Source of the DNA: Myxococcota bacterium
Lineage (GTDB): Bacteria; Myxococcota; XYA12-FULL-58-9; JALHOP01
Assembly (NCBI GenBank): GCA_041288095.1
Contig: JBGGMJ010000138.1
Coordinates: 1 to 17,885 of the forward strand
DNA length: 17,885 nt
Reading direction: 5' to 3'
This document shows, one piece after another, positions 9,289 through 17,744 of this stretch. Below the pieces are notes generated by a model. It saw nothing but the letters and a program-made list of their open reading frames with translations, did not search any database and was not told the origin of the DNA. The position numbers and the translations under genes are program-made. Every line of letters starts with the position of its first letter. Position 1 is the stretch's first letter.

Positions 9289-12200
9289 ACCAAGCTGTCC
9301 GCCGCCGCATACGTCTCATCGTCACCCTAGGCATCGCGTGCGTCGCCGCCGAGCTCGTTGCTTTTTCCGACTTCGACGGCGCTTGGGCGACCGACTTGAC
9401 TCTCTTCGTGGTCGGCGGCTCGGGCTCGTCGCCGGCGAACACGCCACCCCCGAACATCATGTTCGTCTTCGACAACTCGGCGAGCATGCAGAACATCGTG
9501 TGCGAGGAGCTCTCCGGCAGCCGCGCTTGCACGAGCACCAATCTGACCGCAAAAACGGTCACCTACGGCGCGACCATCTGCACGAGCCCCGGCATCACCG
9601 CGGCCCGCGGCACGGACCTGAACGGCGACAACATCCTCGATGCGTACACGGCGGTTTACGCGAGCGACGGCGTCACCTTCACGGGGCCGCGCTACCCCAT
9701 CCTCGACGAACGCAACTCGTCCACCAACGACGACCTCTACCGCAGCGCATCGTCGTTTTCGCATGCCCGTAACACGCCATTCGCGCAGCTGGAGCGTGTC
9801 ACCGGTACGGCCGCGAGCGACTTCGCGTCCGTCATCGGTAACACCTGCAACCGCATCAGCGATTGCAGCCGCCGCTCACGCTGCGTCCACAGTCTGCGCA
9901 CCCAGGGCTACTTCTGGGAGCCCACGGGCACGACCTGCGGCACGGGTGACCCGATGGCGATGTGCGCGGCGTGCGGCAACGGCAGCTGCGACGCCGGCGA
10001 ATCCAGTCTTACCTGCCCGGGCGATTGCGTGAGCACCCCGGTGTGCGGCAACGGCACCTGCGAGACTGGCGAGACGACGGCGACCTGCGCCTCGGACTGC
10101 ACCGCTTCGGCGGTGTGCGGCGACGGTAACTGCTCCGGTACGGAGACCATCGTCACGTGTCCGCTCGATTGCGCGAGCTGCGGCGACAGCGTTTGCACCT
10201 CGCCGGAGACCAAGGTGAGCTGTCCGGCCGACTGTCCCCCGGTCTGCGGTGACTCGCTGTGCACCGGCTCCGAGACCATCTCCTCGTGCCCCGCGGACTG
10301 CATCCCCGCCCGCACGCTGGGCGCGCCCTGCGCCAACGACGGCAACTGCAATAGCGGAGAATGCGTCAACGTCGGTAGTAAGGTCTGCTCCGAGTGCAGC
10401 AACAACTCGGACTGCACCGGCAGCAACACCTGCATCAGCACTGGCTGCACTTACAAACACTGCTCGAACACCGCGTGCGTGCCGGGCGGTGGTGGCGGCG
10501 GTGGTGGTCTCGGCGGCGGCGGCTTGCTGCAGGTCGCGGAGGAGATCGCCTGGTGCGTCGCGGCGGCGGCGCCGCCCGCGGCCAGCACCGACATCACCAA
10601 CCCGGTCTTCCTCGGTGACTTCCTCAACTTCTATCCGCCGAAGGGCGTCGGTCTCGTGAAGGCCTTCAAGACCGCGGTCGGCAACATGACCGGTGATGCC
10701 CGCATGGGTGTGTCGACGCTCGACGACATCTCCTCGACGAACCTCGGCCACGAGATCGTACCGCCGTGCTCACAGGCGAGCGGCACCGAATGCTTCGACG
10801 GTGACCCCGCGACCCAGTGTTTCAACCCGGGCAACTCGCAGCTGCTCAACTATCTCGACAACATGAGCTTCACGCGGGGCGACAAGCCGCTTGGTGACAT
10901 GCTCGACCGCGTCGGCCGCTACTTCACGAGTAGCTCGGGCGTATCGACGCCGATCTGCTCGTATACGAACACGACCTGCGCCACGAACAACTACATCGTC
11001 ATGGTCGCGGACGGCGCGCCCCACGGCGACCCCACGAGCGCCAGCGGATACGAGCACGCGAGCGCCAGGCTGACGGGCTTCACCAACGGCTTGTACACCA
11101 ACGACGCTTACTGGGTGGACGACGTCTCGCGCGCGCTGACGCGCATCGACCACCGCTCCGATATCACGGACAATCAGACCGTTGGTACGTACACCGTGAG
11201 TTATGGTCCGACCGCGCCCAGCGACGCCAACAGCTGTGACGGCATCTTGCTCGCTACGGCGGTAGCGGGTGACGGGCGCTGCCTACCCGCTCAGAACGTC
11301 TCGACGCTCTCGACCGTGCTCAGTCAGATCATCACCGAGATCATCTCGCGCGCCGCCGGTTTCACCGCGCCGTCGATCCCGACGACGCGCTTCACTGGCA
11401 CGAGCTCGCTCGCCAACGCGGTGTTTCGCCCGGCGACCGCGTTCCCGCTCTGGGAAGGCCACCTCTACACCTTCAACATTTGCGACGAGCGGTTGGCGCG
11501 CATCACCGGCGATGCTTGCACCTGCGGCAGCAGCTCGACCGACGACACCTGCATCCAGGACTTCAACGGCAACGCCATCGACTTCGACAACGATGGCAAC
11601 CTCGTATCGCGCCCCCTCTGGGACGCGGCATTGTGCTTGGCGGGCGACGTCGCGAACACCGTCGGTATCGTGCCCATGGATCAATCGAACCTCGATGTCT
11701 CGCGCTGCTTCCGCACCTCCGACGAGTCGGCGACCAACGCGCGCAAGATTCTCACCGCTTTCGATAGCGACAGCGATGGCACCATCGAGACCACCGAGCA
11801 GCTCCCCTTTACAGTCGCGAACGCGGGGACCCTGCAGACGAAGCTCGGCGTCGCGAGCCTCAGCGAAGCCGAGCGCTTGGTGCGCTTCTATCGCGGCGCG
11901 GACGTCGACGACATCAACGGCAACGGCAACATCACCGAAGACCGCAACCTGAGCACCATGCGCGACGGCTCCGGCACGCCGCTCAACGGCTGGTGGAAGC
12001 TCGGCGACATCTTCCACTCGATCCCGAACGCCGTCGAGCGCCCGAGCGGACGGGGCATGGGTGCCTGGGCGAAGACCGCCTCGTACGTCGCTTACCAGAC
12101 CGCCAACGCTGCCCGACAAAAGGTGATCTTGGCGGGCGCCAACGACGGCATGTTGCACGCGTTCCAGGCGGGCACCTGGGACGCCACCGCCGCGGGCGGC

Positions 12201-13709
12201 AAGGGAGCCTACAACGCCGGCACCGGCGAGGAGCTCTGGGCCTTCGTGAGCCCGGAGATGATCACGCAGCTCAAGAACAACTGCACCACCTCGAGCGGCG
12301 GCTGCAGCATCCAGAACCACCAATTCATGGTCGACGGCTCGGTCATGGTGCGCGAGATCTGGACGGGCGGCACCGCGGACAAGGAATCGGCCGCTAACGC
12401 GGACAAGTGGCGCACCATCGCGGTCTTTGGACACCGCGATGGCGGCAGCACCTACGTAGGCATCGACGTCACCGACGTGACGAGCCCGCAGTTCCTCTGG
12501 CAGTTCCCGCAGCCAGGTGACCTCGCCTCGACGACCATCGGCAAGAGCTGGATCGACACGTTCCCCGCGCCGGCCGCCATCGGACCCATCCGCGAGGACA
12601 CCAACAACGACGGCAACGTCGATCTCGAGCGCTGGGTCGTGCTCCTGAACGGTGGCTTCGATCAGCTCGACCGCAAGGGTCGTTCGCTCTACATGCTCGA
12701 CGCCTACACCGGCGCGGTGCGCTGGTCGGTGGGCAAGACGACGGCCTCTGGTACCGACACTGACAAGATGAGCTACGCGTTCCCCGCCACGCCCGCTTAC
12801 TACGGCGATCTCGGCGGGCCGGTCCCCTACATCGCGGGCATCGTGGCTGTCGACCATGGCGGACAGGTCTGGCACATCCCGACACCGCTGGGCGTCCCGA
12901 CGAGCGGCGTCTACGCGTTCACGCCGCAGATCGTGTTCACGACGCGCTCGAATACCGGTATCAACACCGATCTCGTCGGCGGCAACAACAACTCCCGGCT
13001 CGACGCCGCCGAGTATCAGCGTTACCCGCTGTTCTTCGTGCCGACGTTGACCCGCAACAACGGCAAGGTACGCGTCATCTTCGGCACTGGTGATCGCGAT
13101 CGATTGATTCCGGAAGCCGACATCAACCCAACGAGCAGCATCACCGACACCATCAACGGCTACATCTGCAACGACCGCCAGCGTCTCTACGCGGTCGACC
13201 TCGAAGCTTGCGGCACCCGGCCGTGCACCGATAGCGATCTCACTCAGGTGTCTCTGACGAGCTATGCAGCCTCGGCGTCGCGCGGATGGTTCTTCGAGCT
13301 CGCGGCCGGCGAGAAGGCGGCGACCCCCTACGATGTCTTCGGTGGCTTCGCGTTGTTCAGCACCTTCGCGCCGACCGTCGCTTGCGGCACGGGTAGCTTG
13401 GTCTGCAGCGCCGATACCAAGGGCGAAGCGCGCCTCTACGCGCTCGACTATCGTACCGGCAAGCCCATGGACTGGGACCGCAACGGCGTCGTCAACACCA
13501 GCGACCAATACGTCTCGCTCGGCGAAGGTGTTCCGACCGCTCCAGCGGTCAGTGTCGGCGTCGGCGGGGGCCAAGCGACGGCAACCTTGTTCGCGGGCGG
13601 CAGCGACAGCGGCCTGATGGCGACCAGCATGGCCCAGAGCGGCAGCGACTTGGTCATCGAGATCATGCACTTCGTGGTCAACCAACAAATGCACCAGGCC
13701 ATTCACTGA
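9285..13709 (+). CDS. pilY1: PilY1/PilC-type pilus tip adhesin (1474 aa): vWA-like N-terminus, Cys-rich insert, C-terminal beta-propeller
   Basis: Signal peptide; MIDAS-like FDNSASM and later VMVADG; PilC propeller motifs WKLGDIFHS, GANDGMLHAF, GEELWAFV, VDGS, FGTGDR and GWFFEL; flanked by minor pilins. Confidence 0.92.
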   Translation: MNQAVRRRIRLIVTLGIACVAAELVAFSDFDGAWATDLTLFVVGGSGSSPANTPPPNIMFVFDNSASMQNIVCEELSGSRACTSTNLTAKTVTYGATICTSPGITAARGTDLNGDNILDAYTAVYASDGVTFTGPRYPILDERNSSTNDDLYRSASSFSHARNTPFAQLERVTGTAASDFASVIGNTCNRISDCSRRSRCVHSLRTQGYFWEPTGTTCGTGDPMAMCAACGNGSCDAGESSLTCPGDCVSTPVCGNGTCETGETTATCASDCTASAVCGDGNCSGTETIVTCPLDCASCGDSVCTSPETKVSCPADCPPVCGDSLCTGSETISSCPADCIPARTLGAPCANDGNCNSGECVNVGSKVCSECSNNSDCTGSNTCISTGCTYKHCSNTACVPGGGGGGGGLGGGGLLQVAEEIAWCVAAAAPPAASTDITNPVFLGDFLNFYPPKGVGLVKAFKTAVGNMTGDARMGVSTLDDISSTNLGHEIVPPCSQASGTECFDGDPATQCFNPGNSQLLNYLDNMSFTRGDKPLGDMLDRVGRYFTSSSGVSTPICSYTNTTCATNNYIVMVADGAPHGDPTSASGYEHASARLTGFTNGLYTNDAYWVDDVSRALTRIDHRSDITDNQTVGTYTVSYGPTAPSDANSCDGILLATAVAGDGRCLPAQNVSTLSTVLSQIITEIISRAAGFTAPSIPTTRFTGTSSLANAVFRPATAFPLWEGHLYTFNICDERLARITGDACTCGSSSTDDTCIQDFNGNAIDFDNDGNLVSRPLWDAALCLAGDVANTVGIVPMDQSNLDVSRCFRTSDESATNARKILTAFDSDSDGTIETTEQLPFTVANAGTLQTKLGVASLSEAERLVRFYRGADVDDINGNGNITEDRNLSTMRDGSGTPLNGWWKLGDIFHSIPNAVERPSGRGMGAWAKTASYVAYQTANAARQKVILAGANDGMLHAFQAGTWDATAAGGKGAYNAGTGEELWAFVSPEMITQLKNNCTTSSGGCSIQNHQFMVDGSVMVREIWTGGTADKESAANADKWRTIAVFGHRDGGSTYVGIDVTDVTSPQFLWQFPQPGDLASTTIGKSWIDTFPAPAAIGPIREDTNNDGNVDLERWVVLLNGGFDQLDRKGRSLYMLDAYTGAVRWSVGKTTASGTDTDKMSYAFPATPAYYGDLGGPVPYIAGIVAVDHGGQVWHIPTPLGVPTSGVYAFTPQIVFTTRSNTGINTDLVGGNNNSRLDAAEYQRYPLFFVPTLTRNNGKVRVIFGTGDRDRLIPEADINPTSSITDTINGYICNDRQRLYAVDLEACGTRPCTDSDLTQVSLTSYAASASRGWFFELAAGEKAATPYDVFGGFALFSTFAPTVACGTGSLVCSADTKGEARLYALDYRTGKPMDWDRNGVVNTSDQYVSLGEGVPTAPAVSVGVGGGQATATLFAGGSDSGLMATSMAQSGSDLVIEIMHFVVNQQMHQAIH
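9972..10301 (+). repeat. Five tandem Cys-rich repeats CG[ND]xxCxxxE(x4)CxxDC within PilY1
   Basis: CGNGSCDAGESSLTCPGDC / CGNGTCETGETTATCASDC / CGDGNCSGTETIVTCPLDC / CGDSVCTSPETKVSCPADC / CGDSLCTGSETISSCPADC. Confidence 0.9.
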
Positions 13710-14278
13710 TGCGCACAGCGAAGCTCGGAGAGCGCGGCTTCACTCTGATCGAGTTGATGGTCGTGGTCGGCATCATCGGCGTGCTGTCCTACATGGCGGT
13801 GCCCAACCTCATCGGCATGGTCCGCGCCAACAAGATAAGCGCCGCCGCGCGCAAGCTGTACGCCACCCTCGCCGACGCTCAGGGCCTCGCGACCGGCACC
13901 GGCAAAGCGCACTGCGTGGTGGTGACACGCGATCCCGCCACGGTGACCTTACGCCGCGACGACAATCGCGATGGTGCCTGCGAGGTCGACGTTCGCACCG
14001 CCGTCTTCGATGGGGCGGGCTTGGGGCCCGACGCCGGCTACGCCGCCGCCATGCCGGTGCCGTTCGACACGACCCCGCGCGATGCCTGGTGCACATTCGC
14101 CGGCGGCGGCAGCACCTGCTCGGCGGTCTTCTCGGATGATGGCACCGCGACATTGTCGCCCGGCGGAGCGACCTCGGGCAGTATCGCGTTCCACGACACC
14201 AGCGGTCGCGCGCGCCGCATCGGCGCGGTGGTCATCATCGGCGCCACGGGTGTCATGCGGGTTTACACGCAGAACTAG
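13709..14278 (+). CDS. fimU: Minor pilin, FimU/FimT (GspH-like)
   Basis: Prepilin site ERG|FTLIELMVVVGIIG; 'AARKL...LADAQ..A'; C-terminal 'GATGVMR'; ATG overlaps the pilY1 stop (TGATG). Confidence 0.85.
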   Translation: MRTAKLGERGFTLIELMVVVGIIGVLSYMAVPNLIGMVRANKISAAARKLYATLADAQGLATGTGKAHCVVVTRDPATVTLRRDDNRDGACEVDVRTAVFDGAGLGPDAGYAAAMPVPFDTTPRDAWCTFAGGGSTCSAVFSDDGTATLSPGGATSGSIAFHDTSGRARRIGAVVIIGATGVMRVYTQN

Positions 14279-14286
14279 GGGAGCAT

Positions 14287-14754
14287 GTGAGGCAAGCGGC
14301 GAAAGGTGAACGCGGCGTCACGCTGATCGAGATGATGGTCGCGCTCGCGATCTTCTCGGTCGGTGCTCTCGGCCTCGTGCGTTTGCTCTACGCCAGCTTC
14401 GAAGGCAATGCCTCCGCCAAGCACTTCACCCAAGCGACCACGCTGGCGCAGGCCAAGCTCGATGCCCTCATGATGCTGCGCTACGATTCGCCGGCGCTCA
14501 CCGTCGGTGTCCACAACGAGACGACCAACATCGGTGGCCTCGGAACGCCTTACAACGCGATCGGTGGCGCGGCAGGCGCCTTCAATGCCGACGATGGGAC
14601 GTTTGCCCGTTCGTGGACCGTGACCGAGAGTGATATCAACACGACGAACCCCGGTAACGACTTGAAGACGATCACGGTGCAGGTGCGATGGTACGACGCG
14701 GCGTTGCGCGGGACGCGCCGTGTCCTCGTGGTCGGCGGGAAGAGCTTCCAATGA
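14287..14754 (+). CDS. pilV: Minor pilin, PilV-like
   Basis: RBS GGGAG plus GTG start; ERG|VTLIEMMVALAIFSVGALG; 'ATTLAQAKLD'; 'LKTITVQVRW'. Confidence 0.85.
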   Translation: MRQAAKGERGVTLIEMMVALAIFSVGALGLVRLLYASFEGNASAKHFTQATTLAQAKLDALMMLRYDSPALTVGVHNETTNIGGLGTPYNAIGGAAGAFNADDGTFARSWTVTESDINTTNPGNDLKTITVQVRWYDAALRGTRRVLVVGGKSFQ

Positions 14755-15794
14755 GACGCGGCGAGCGCGGCTTCACGCTGCTCGAGGTCATGGTCGTCGT
14801 CGGGCTGCTCATGTACGTCATCGGCGGCGCCATGTTGTTCATGATCTCGCAGGCGCGCTCGCAGCGGACGACCTACGAACGCAGCGACATGCAACGCAGT
14901 GGCCGGTCCGCTATCGCGTTGCTGGCGCGCGACCTGCCGAAGACCGGTCTCGGACTCCCCACGGACCTCGCGATTCGCAGCTACGAACGCCCGGGCACCT
15001 CGGCGGACAGTTGCGGGACGACGCCCGAGCTGACCCTGGTGGGGCTCGACTACACTCGTGAATGGACCATTGGGGCGGCAACCAACAGCTCGATTCGCTT
15101 CGCGCCAATCACTCCCGTGGGCGCCGCGGACGCCATCATCAAGAACAACAGCTGGCTCTTCGTCTTTCAGAACGCCGGCATAGGTGGCTACGGCATGGCG
15201 CAGGTCGGAGCGGATCGTGCCGCCGGCAGCGCCGACGTCGCCATCGCCAGCACCAACTACTCGAGCGTGCAGCCGTCGCTGTCGCTCGTCGCCTCGGCGT
15301 TCAATGGTGGGGCGGCGGGTGGCCATGCTCCTGTCGCCTTGGCCGCCGACGTCATGACCATCGGGGTCAACTGCGCCGACGCCGCGCATCCGTTCCTCTA
15401 CATGCGGCGTGCGGGCGGTGAGCGACTGCTGCTCGCCGCCGATGTCGACACGCGGGCCCTGACGGCCGCGGATCCGGCGGTGGGCGCGGTGTCGGGCGAT
15501 GTCGTCGCGCTGCGCTTCCGCTTTCTCGTCGACGACAACGGCGATGGCTTCCCCGACGACGTCAATAGCGACAATCAAATCGACGTGAGCGACCTCGTGG
15601 TGACGCCGACTTCGCTCGCCAACGTCGTCGGCATCGAGGTCTTCTTTCGTCTGCGCAAGCTCGATACCCGCACCGCGACGACGACGTTCGAGACGAACGA
15701 CTTCGCGCACACGATCATGCTCCCGAACGTCCACACGGCGACGGCGTCGCGCACCTTCGTGTTCATCGACAATATCGGGATGAAGCCTCGCTGA
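14751..15794 (+). CDS. pilW: Minor pilin, PilW-like
   Basis: Start moved to ATG 14751 (ATGA overlap with pilV); ERG|FTLLEVMVVV; 'MQRSGRSAIALLARDL..TG.G'; C-terminal DDNGDG motif. Confidence 0.85.
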   Translation: MRRGERGFTLLEVMVVVGLLMYVIGGAMLFMISQARSQRTTYERSDMQRSGRSAIALLARDLPKTGLGLPTDLAIRSYERPGTSADSCGTTPELTLVGLDYTREWTIGAATNSSIRFAPITPVGAADAIIKNNSWLFVFQNAGIGGYGMAQVGADRAAGSADVAIASTNYSSVQPSLSLVASAFNGGAAGGHAPVALAADVMTIGVNCADAAHPFLYMRRAGGERLLLAADVDTRALTAADPAVGAVSGDVVALRFRFLVDDNGDGFPDDVNSDNQIDVSDLVVTPTSLANVVGIEVFFRLRKLDTRTATTTFETNDFAHTIMLPNVHTATASRTFVFIDNIGMKPR

Positions 15795-15859
15795 ACGCCC
15801 CGGCGTGACCCTGGCGTCGTTTGGACCCGGTGCGCATCTTCCTCTCGCGGGGGTGTGTC

Positions 15860-17560
15860 ATGCGGGCGGCGTTGGTGGTGGGCTTGGTGTTGGCCTATGG
15901 AGTGGCGCGGGCCGATGAGCTTCGCGTGGTTCGGCAGCAAACGATTTCGACGCCGACCGGGTCATCCTTCGTGCGTGAGCTCTTGCCGCTGGCAGACCGA
16001 GGTTTGGTCGTCGTCGCGGACGGCTTTCTGCGAACGGCGGGGCCGGGTCGCGTGGTCACCGAGATCAGCATCGTCAAGCTCGCCGCCGACGGCAGCACCG
16101 TGTGGTCGCTGGCCTGGGGCGACCCCGAGGCGGGGCCGTACGGCGCGGTCGCGAGCGGAGCAGTGCAGAGCGCGGACGGTGGCTTCGTCATCGCGGCGCA
16201 GACGTTTTATGACGAGCCCGCCAGAGGGTTCGTATTGCGGGTCTCGGCGACCGGTCAGCTGCGGGAGGTCATTGCCATCGGCGACCCCGACACCGACGTC
16301 GAAGACGTGGCGCTGATCGGCCAGCGTGCCCACGTCGTCGGCCGTCAGCTGGTGAGCTTCGACCTCGCGACCCCGAGCACCAGGAGGACGACGGCGGTGA
16401 CGGCGACCGAGACGAGCAACGGCGATCTCGTCGGCTTGGCGAACGGCAACCTCTACTTGGGCGCCACCGCCGAGATCTCGCCATCGCGCGACTTCACGCT
16501 GAGTCGCGTCCGCGAAGGCGGACTGTATTCGCAGGTGACGGTCGGTGGCAGCGCCGACGATCAACTCTGGGCCATCGCCGTGAGCCCCGACGAGTCGCGC
16601 GTCTTCGCGGTAGGGCGCACCCTGGGCATCGGTGCGTCGAGCGAGCTCAGTGACTTTCCCTATCGCGCGCCGCTGCTGCCCTTTGGCGGTGGTGCCGACG
16701 CGACGCTGGTGGCGTTCGAGCGCACCACGATGATCGCTGCCACCGCTTGGGGTGGTAACGCATTGGATTCCGCGTACGACGTCGCGCGGGCGCCGAACGG
16801 CGACTTCGTGGTCGTCGGCGAGACCGAGTCGACTGACTTTCCTCTCGAAGAGCCGCTGCATCCGGGCGGTGACAGCGGCCGTGCGTATGCCACGTGGTTC
16901 GGACGTGATTTGTCCTCTGTAACGTACTCGACGCGGTTGGGCTCCGAGATGAGCCAGGCACAGAGTGTCGCGTTCGATGCCGCCGGCCGCGCCGTGATCG
17001 CCGGCAGCCATGTCGGCGGAGTGCGGGTGATGTGGCTCGAAGAGGTGGACGACCCGTTCGTCACCGGCGGCGGCAATGACTGGTGGGTCGAGGTCGACGT
17101 CCGCGGCGTCGGTTTCGCGGCCGAGAGGGTCGACGCGCAGATCGGCGGCGTCTGGCGACCCCTGCGCAAGCAAGCCTGGGGCACCTGGGCGGAGTCCTAT
17201 TTCGTGCCCTCGGCAAGCGTCGTGCGCTTCCGGGCGACGGGCGCGGGTCGCAGTCTGGTCTCGCGCGGCTACCTCTGGCCACACGGCGCGCCCGTGCCCT
17301 ACGACGATCTCGCGTTCGATGCGAGCTTCGTGGAGCCTCGAGGCAATGCCTGGTGGATCGAGGTCGATGTCGCTGCCAACCGCCCGCTGACGGCAGTCGA
17401 GGCTCGACTCGACGGGGGGCTTTGGTTTGCGCTCCCGCGCACGAGCTGGGGCTCCTATGCCGTTTCTCGGCAGGTTCGAGCGGGTGCCACGGTGCAGTTC
17501 CGAGCGACCGAGCAGGGGGGCACGAGGGTCGCGTCGTTCCTGACGTCATGGCCCCCGTAA
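15860..17560 (+). CDS. Secreted beta-propeller (SBBP-like) protein with two C-terminal Trp-rich, expansin/CBM63-like repeats
   Basis: Signal peptide MRAALVVGLVLAYGVARA (start moved to ATG 15860); propeller blades 'VFAVGRT...SDFP', 'VVGETESTDFP' and 'YSTRLG'; repeats GNDWWVEVDV...WG.W...VRFRAT and GNAWWIEVDV...WGSY...VQFRAT. Confidence 0.7.
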   Translation: MRAALVVGLVLAYGVARADELRVVRQQTISTPTGSSFVRELLPLADRGLVVVADGFLRTAGPGRVVTEISIVKLAADGSTVWSLAWGDPEAGPYGAVASGAVQSADGGFVIAAQTFYDEPARGFVLRVSATGQLREVIAIGDPDTDVEDVALIGQRAHVVGRQLVSFDLATPSTRRTTAVTATETSNGDLVGLANGNLYLGATAEISPSRDFTLSRVREGGLYSQVTVGGSADDQLWAIAVSPDESRVFAVGRTLGIGASSELSDFPYRAPLLPFGGGADATLVAFERTTMIAATAWGGNALDSAYDVARAPNGDFVVVGETESTDFPLEEPLHPGGDSGRAYATWFGRDLSSVTYSTRLGSEMSQAQSVAFDAAGRAVIAGSHVGGVRVMWLEEVDDPFVTGGGNDWWVEVDVRGVGFAAERVDAQIGGVWRPLRKQAWGTWAESYFVPSASVVRFRATGAGRSLVSRGYLWPHGAPVPYDDLAFDASFVEPRGNAWWIEVDVAANRPLTAVEARLDGGLWFALPRTSWGSYAVSRQVRAGATVQFRATEQGGTRVASFLTSWPP

Positions 17561-17616
17561 AAAAACGATCGCCACGCTGCAAAACCGTTGACGCCGCCGC
17601 TGGGGATCTCTATATC
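17559..17616 (+). promoter_or_regulatory. rRNA promoter (sigma70-type) with upstream A-tracts
   Basis: TTGACG (17588-17593), 17 nt, TATATC (17611-17616), then a C-rich discriminator. A-tracts at about 17559-17565 and 17581-17584 resemble an UP element. It sits directly upstream of boxA and the leader. Confidence 0.8.
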
Positions 17617-17663
17617 CCCACCTCCCTCGCAGGCCTGCAGCCTCTGGTTGCAAGCGCCTCGGC

Positions 17664-17691
17664 GACCGGTCTTTGAAAACTGAAGAGCAAG
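17664..17691 (+). promoter_or_regulatory. boxA antiterminator and 5' arm of the pre-16S processing stem
   Basis: GGTCTTTGAAAA resembles rrn boxA; 17674-17691 pairs perfectly with 1946-1963. Confidence 0.85.
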
Positions 17692-17744
17692 TACGAGCAA
17701 ACATGGGCTTCCGGTCCACGGTCTCGATCTAGCTTCGGCTAGAA

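Noticed and set aside
9972..10523. CRISPR-like or DNA-level tandem repeat
   Set aside because: The repeats are conserved at the protein level (Cys spacing) with divergent codons, in frame within pilY1.
11283..13706. 807-aa minus-strand ORF, and similar long antisense ORFs (2640-3605, 5570-6421, 6916-8091, 14550-15734, 15962-17284)
   Set aside because: Shadow ORFs from high-GC codon bias opposite well-supported genes; no motifs.
14688..14750. ORF-track upstream starts for pilW (14688), SDR (6428) and the propeller gene (15821)
   Set aside because: Downstream ATGs (14751, 6464, 15860) give proper prepilin or signal leaders, an RBS or a stop/start overlap.
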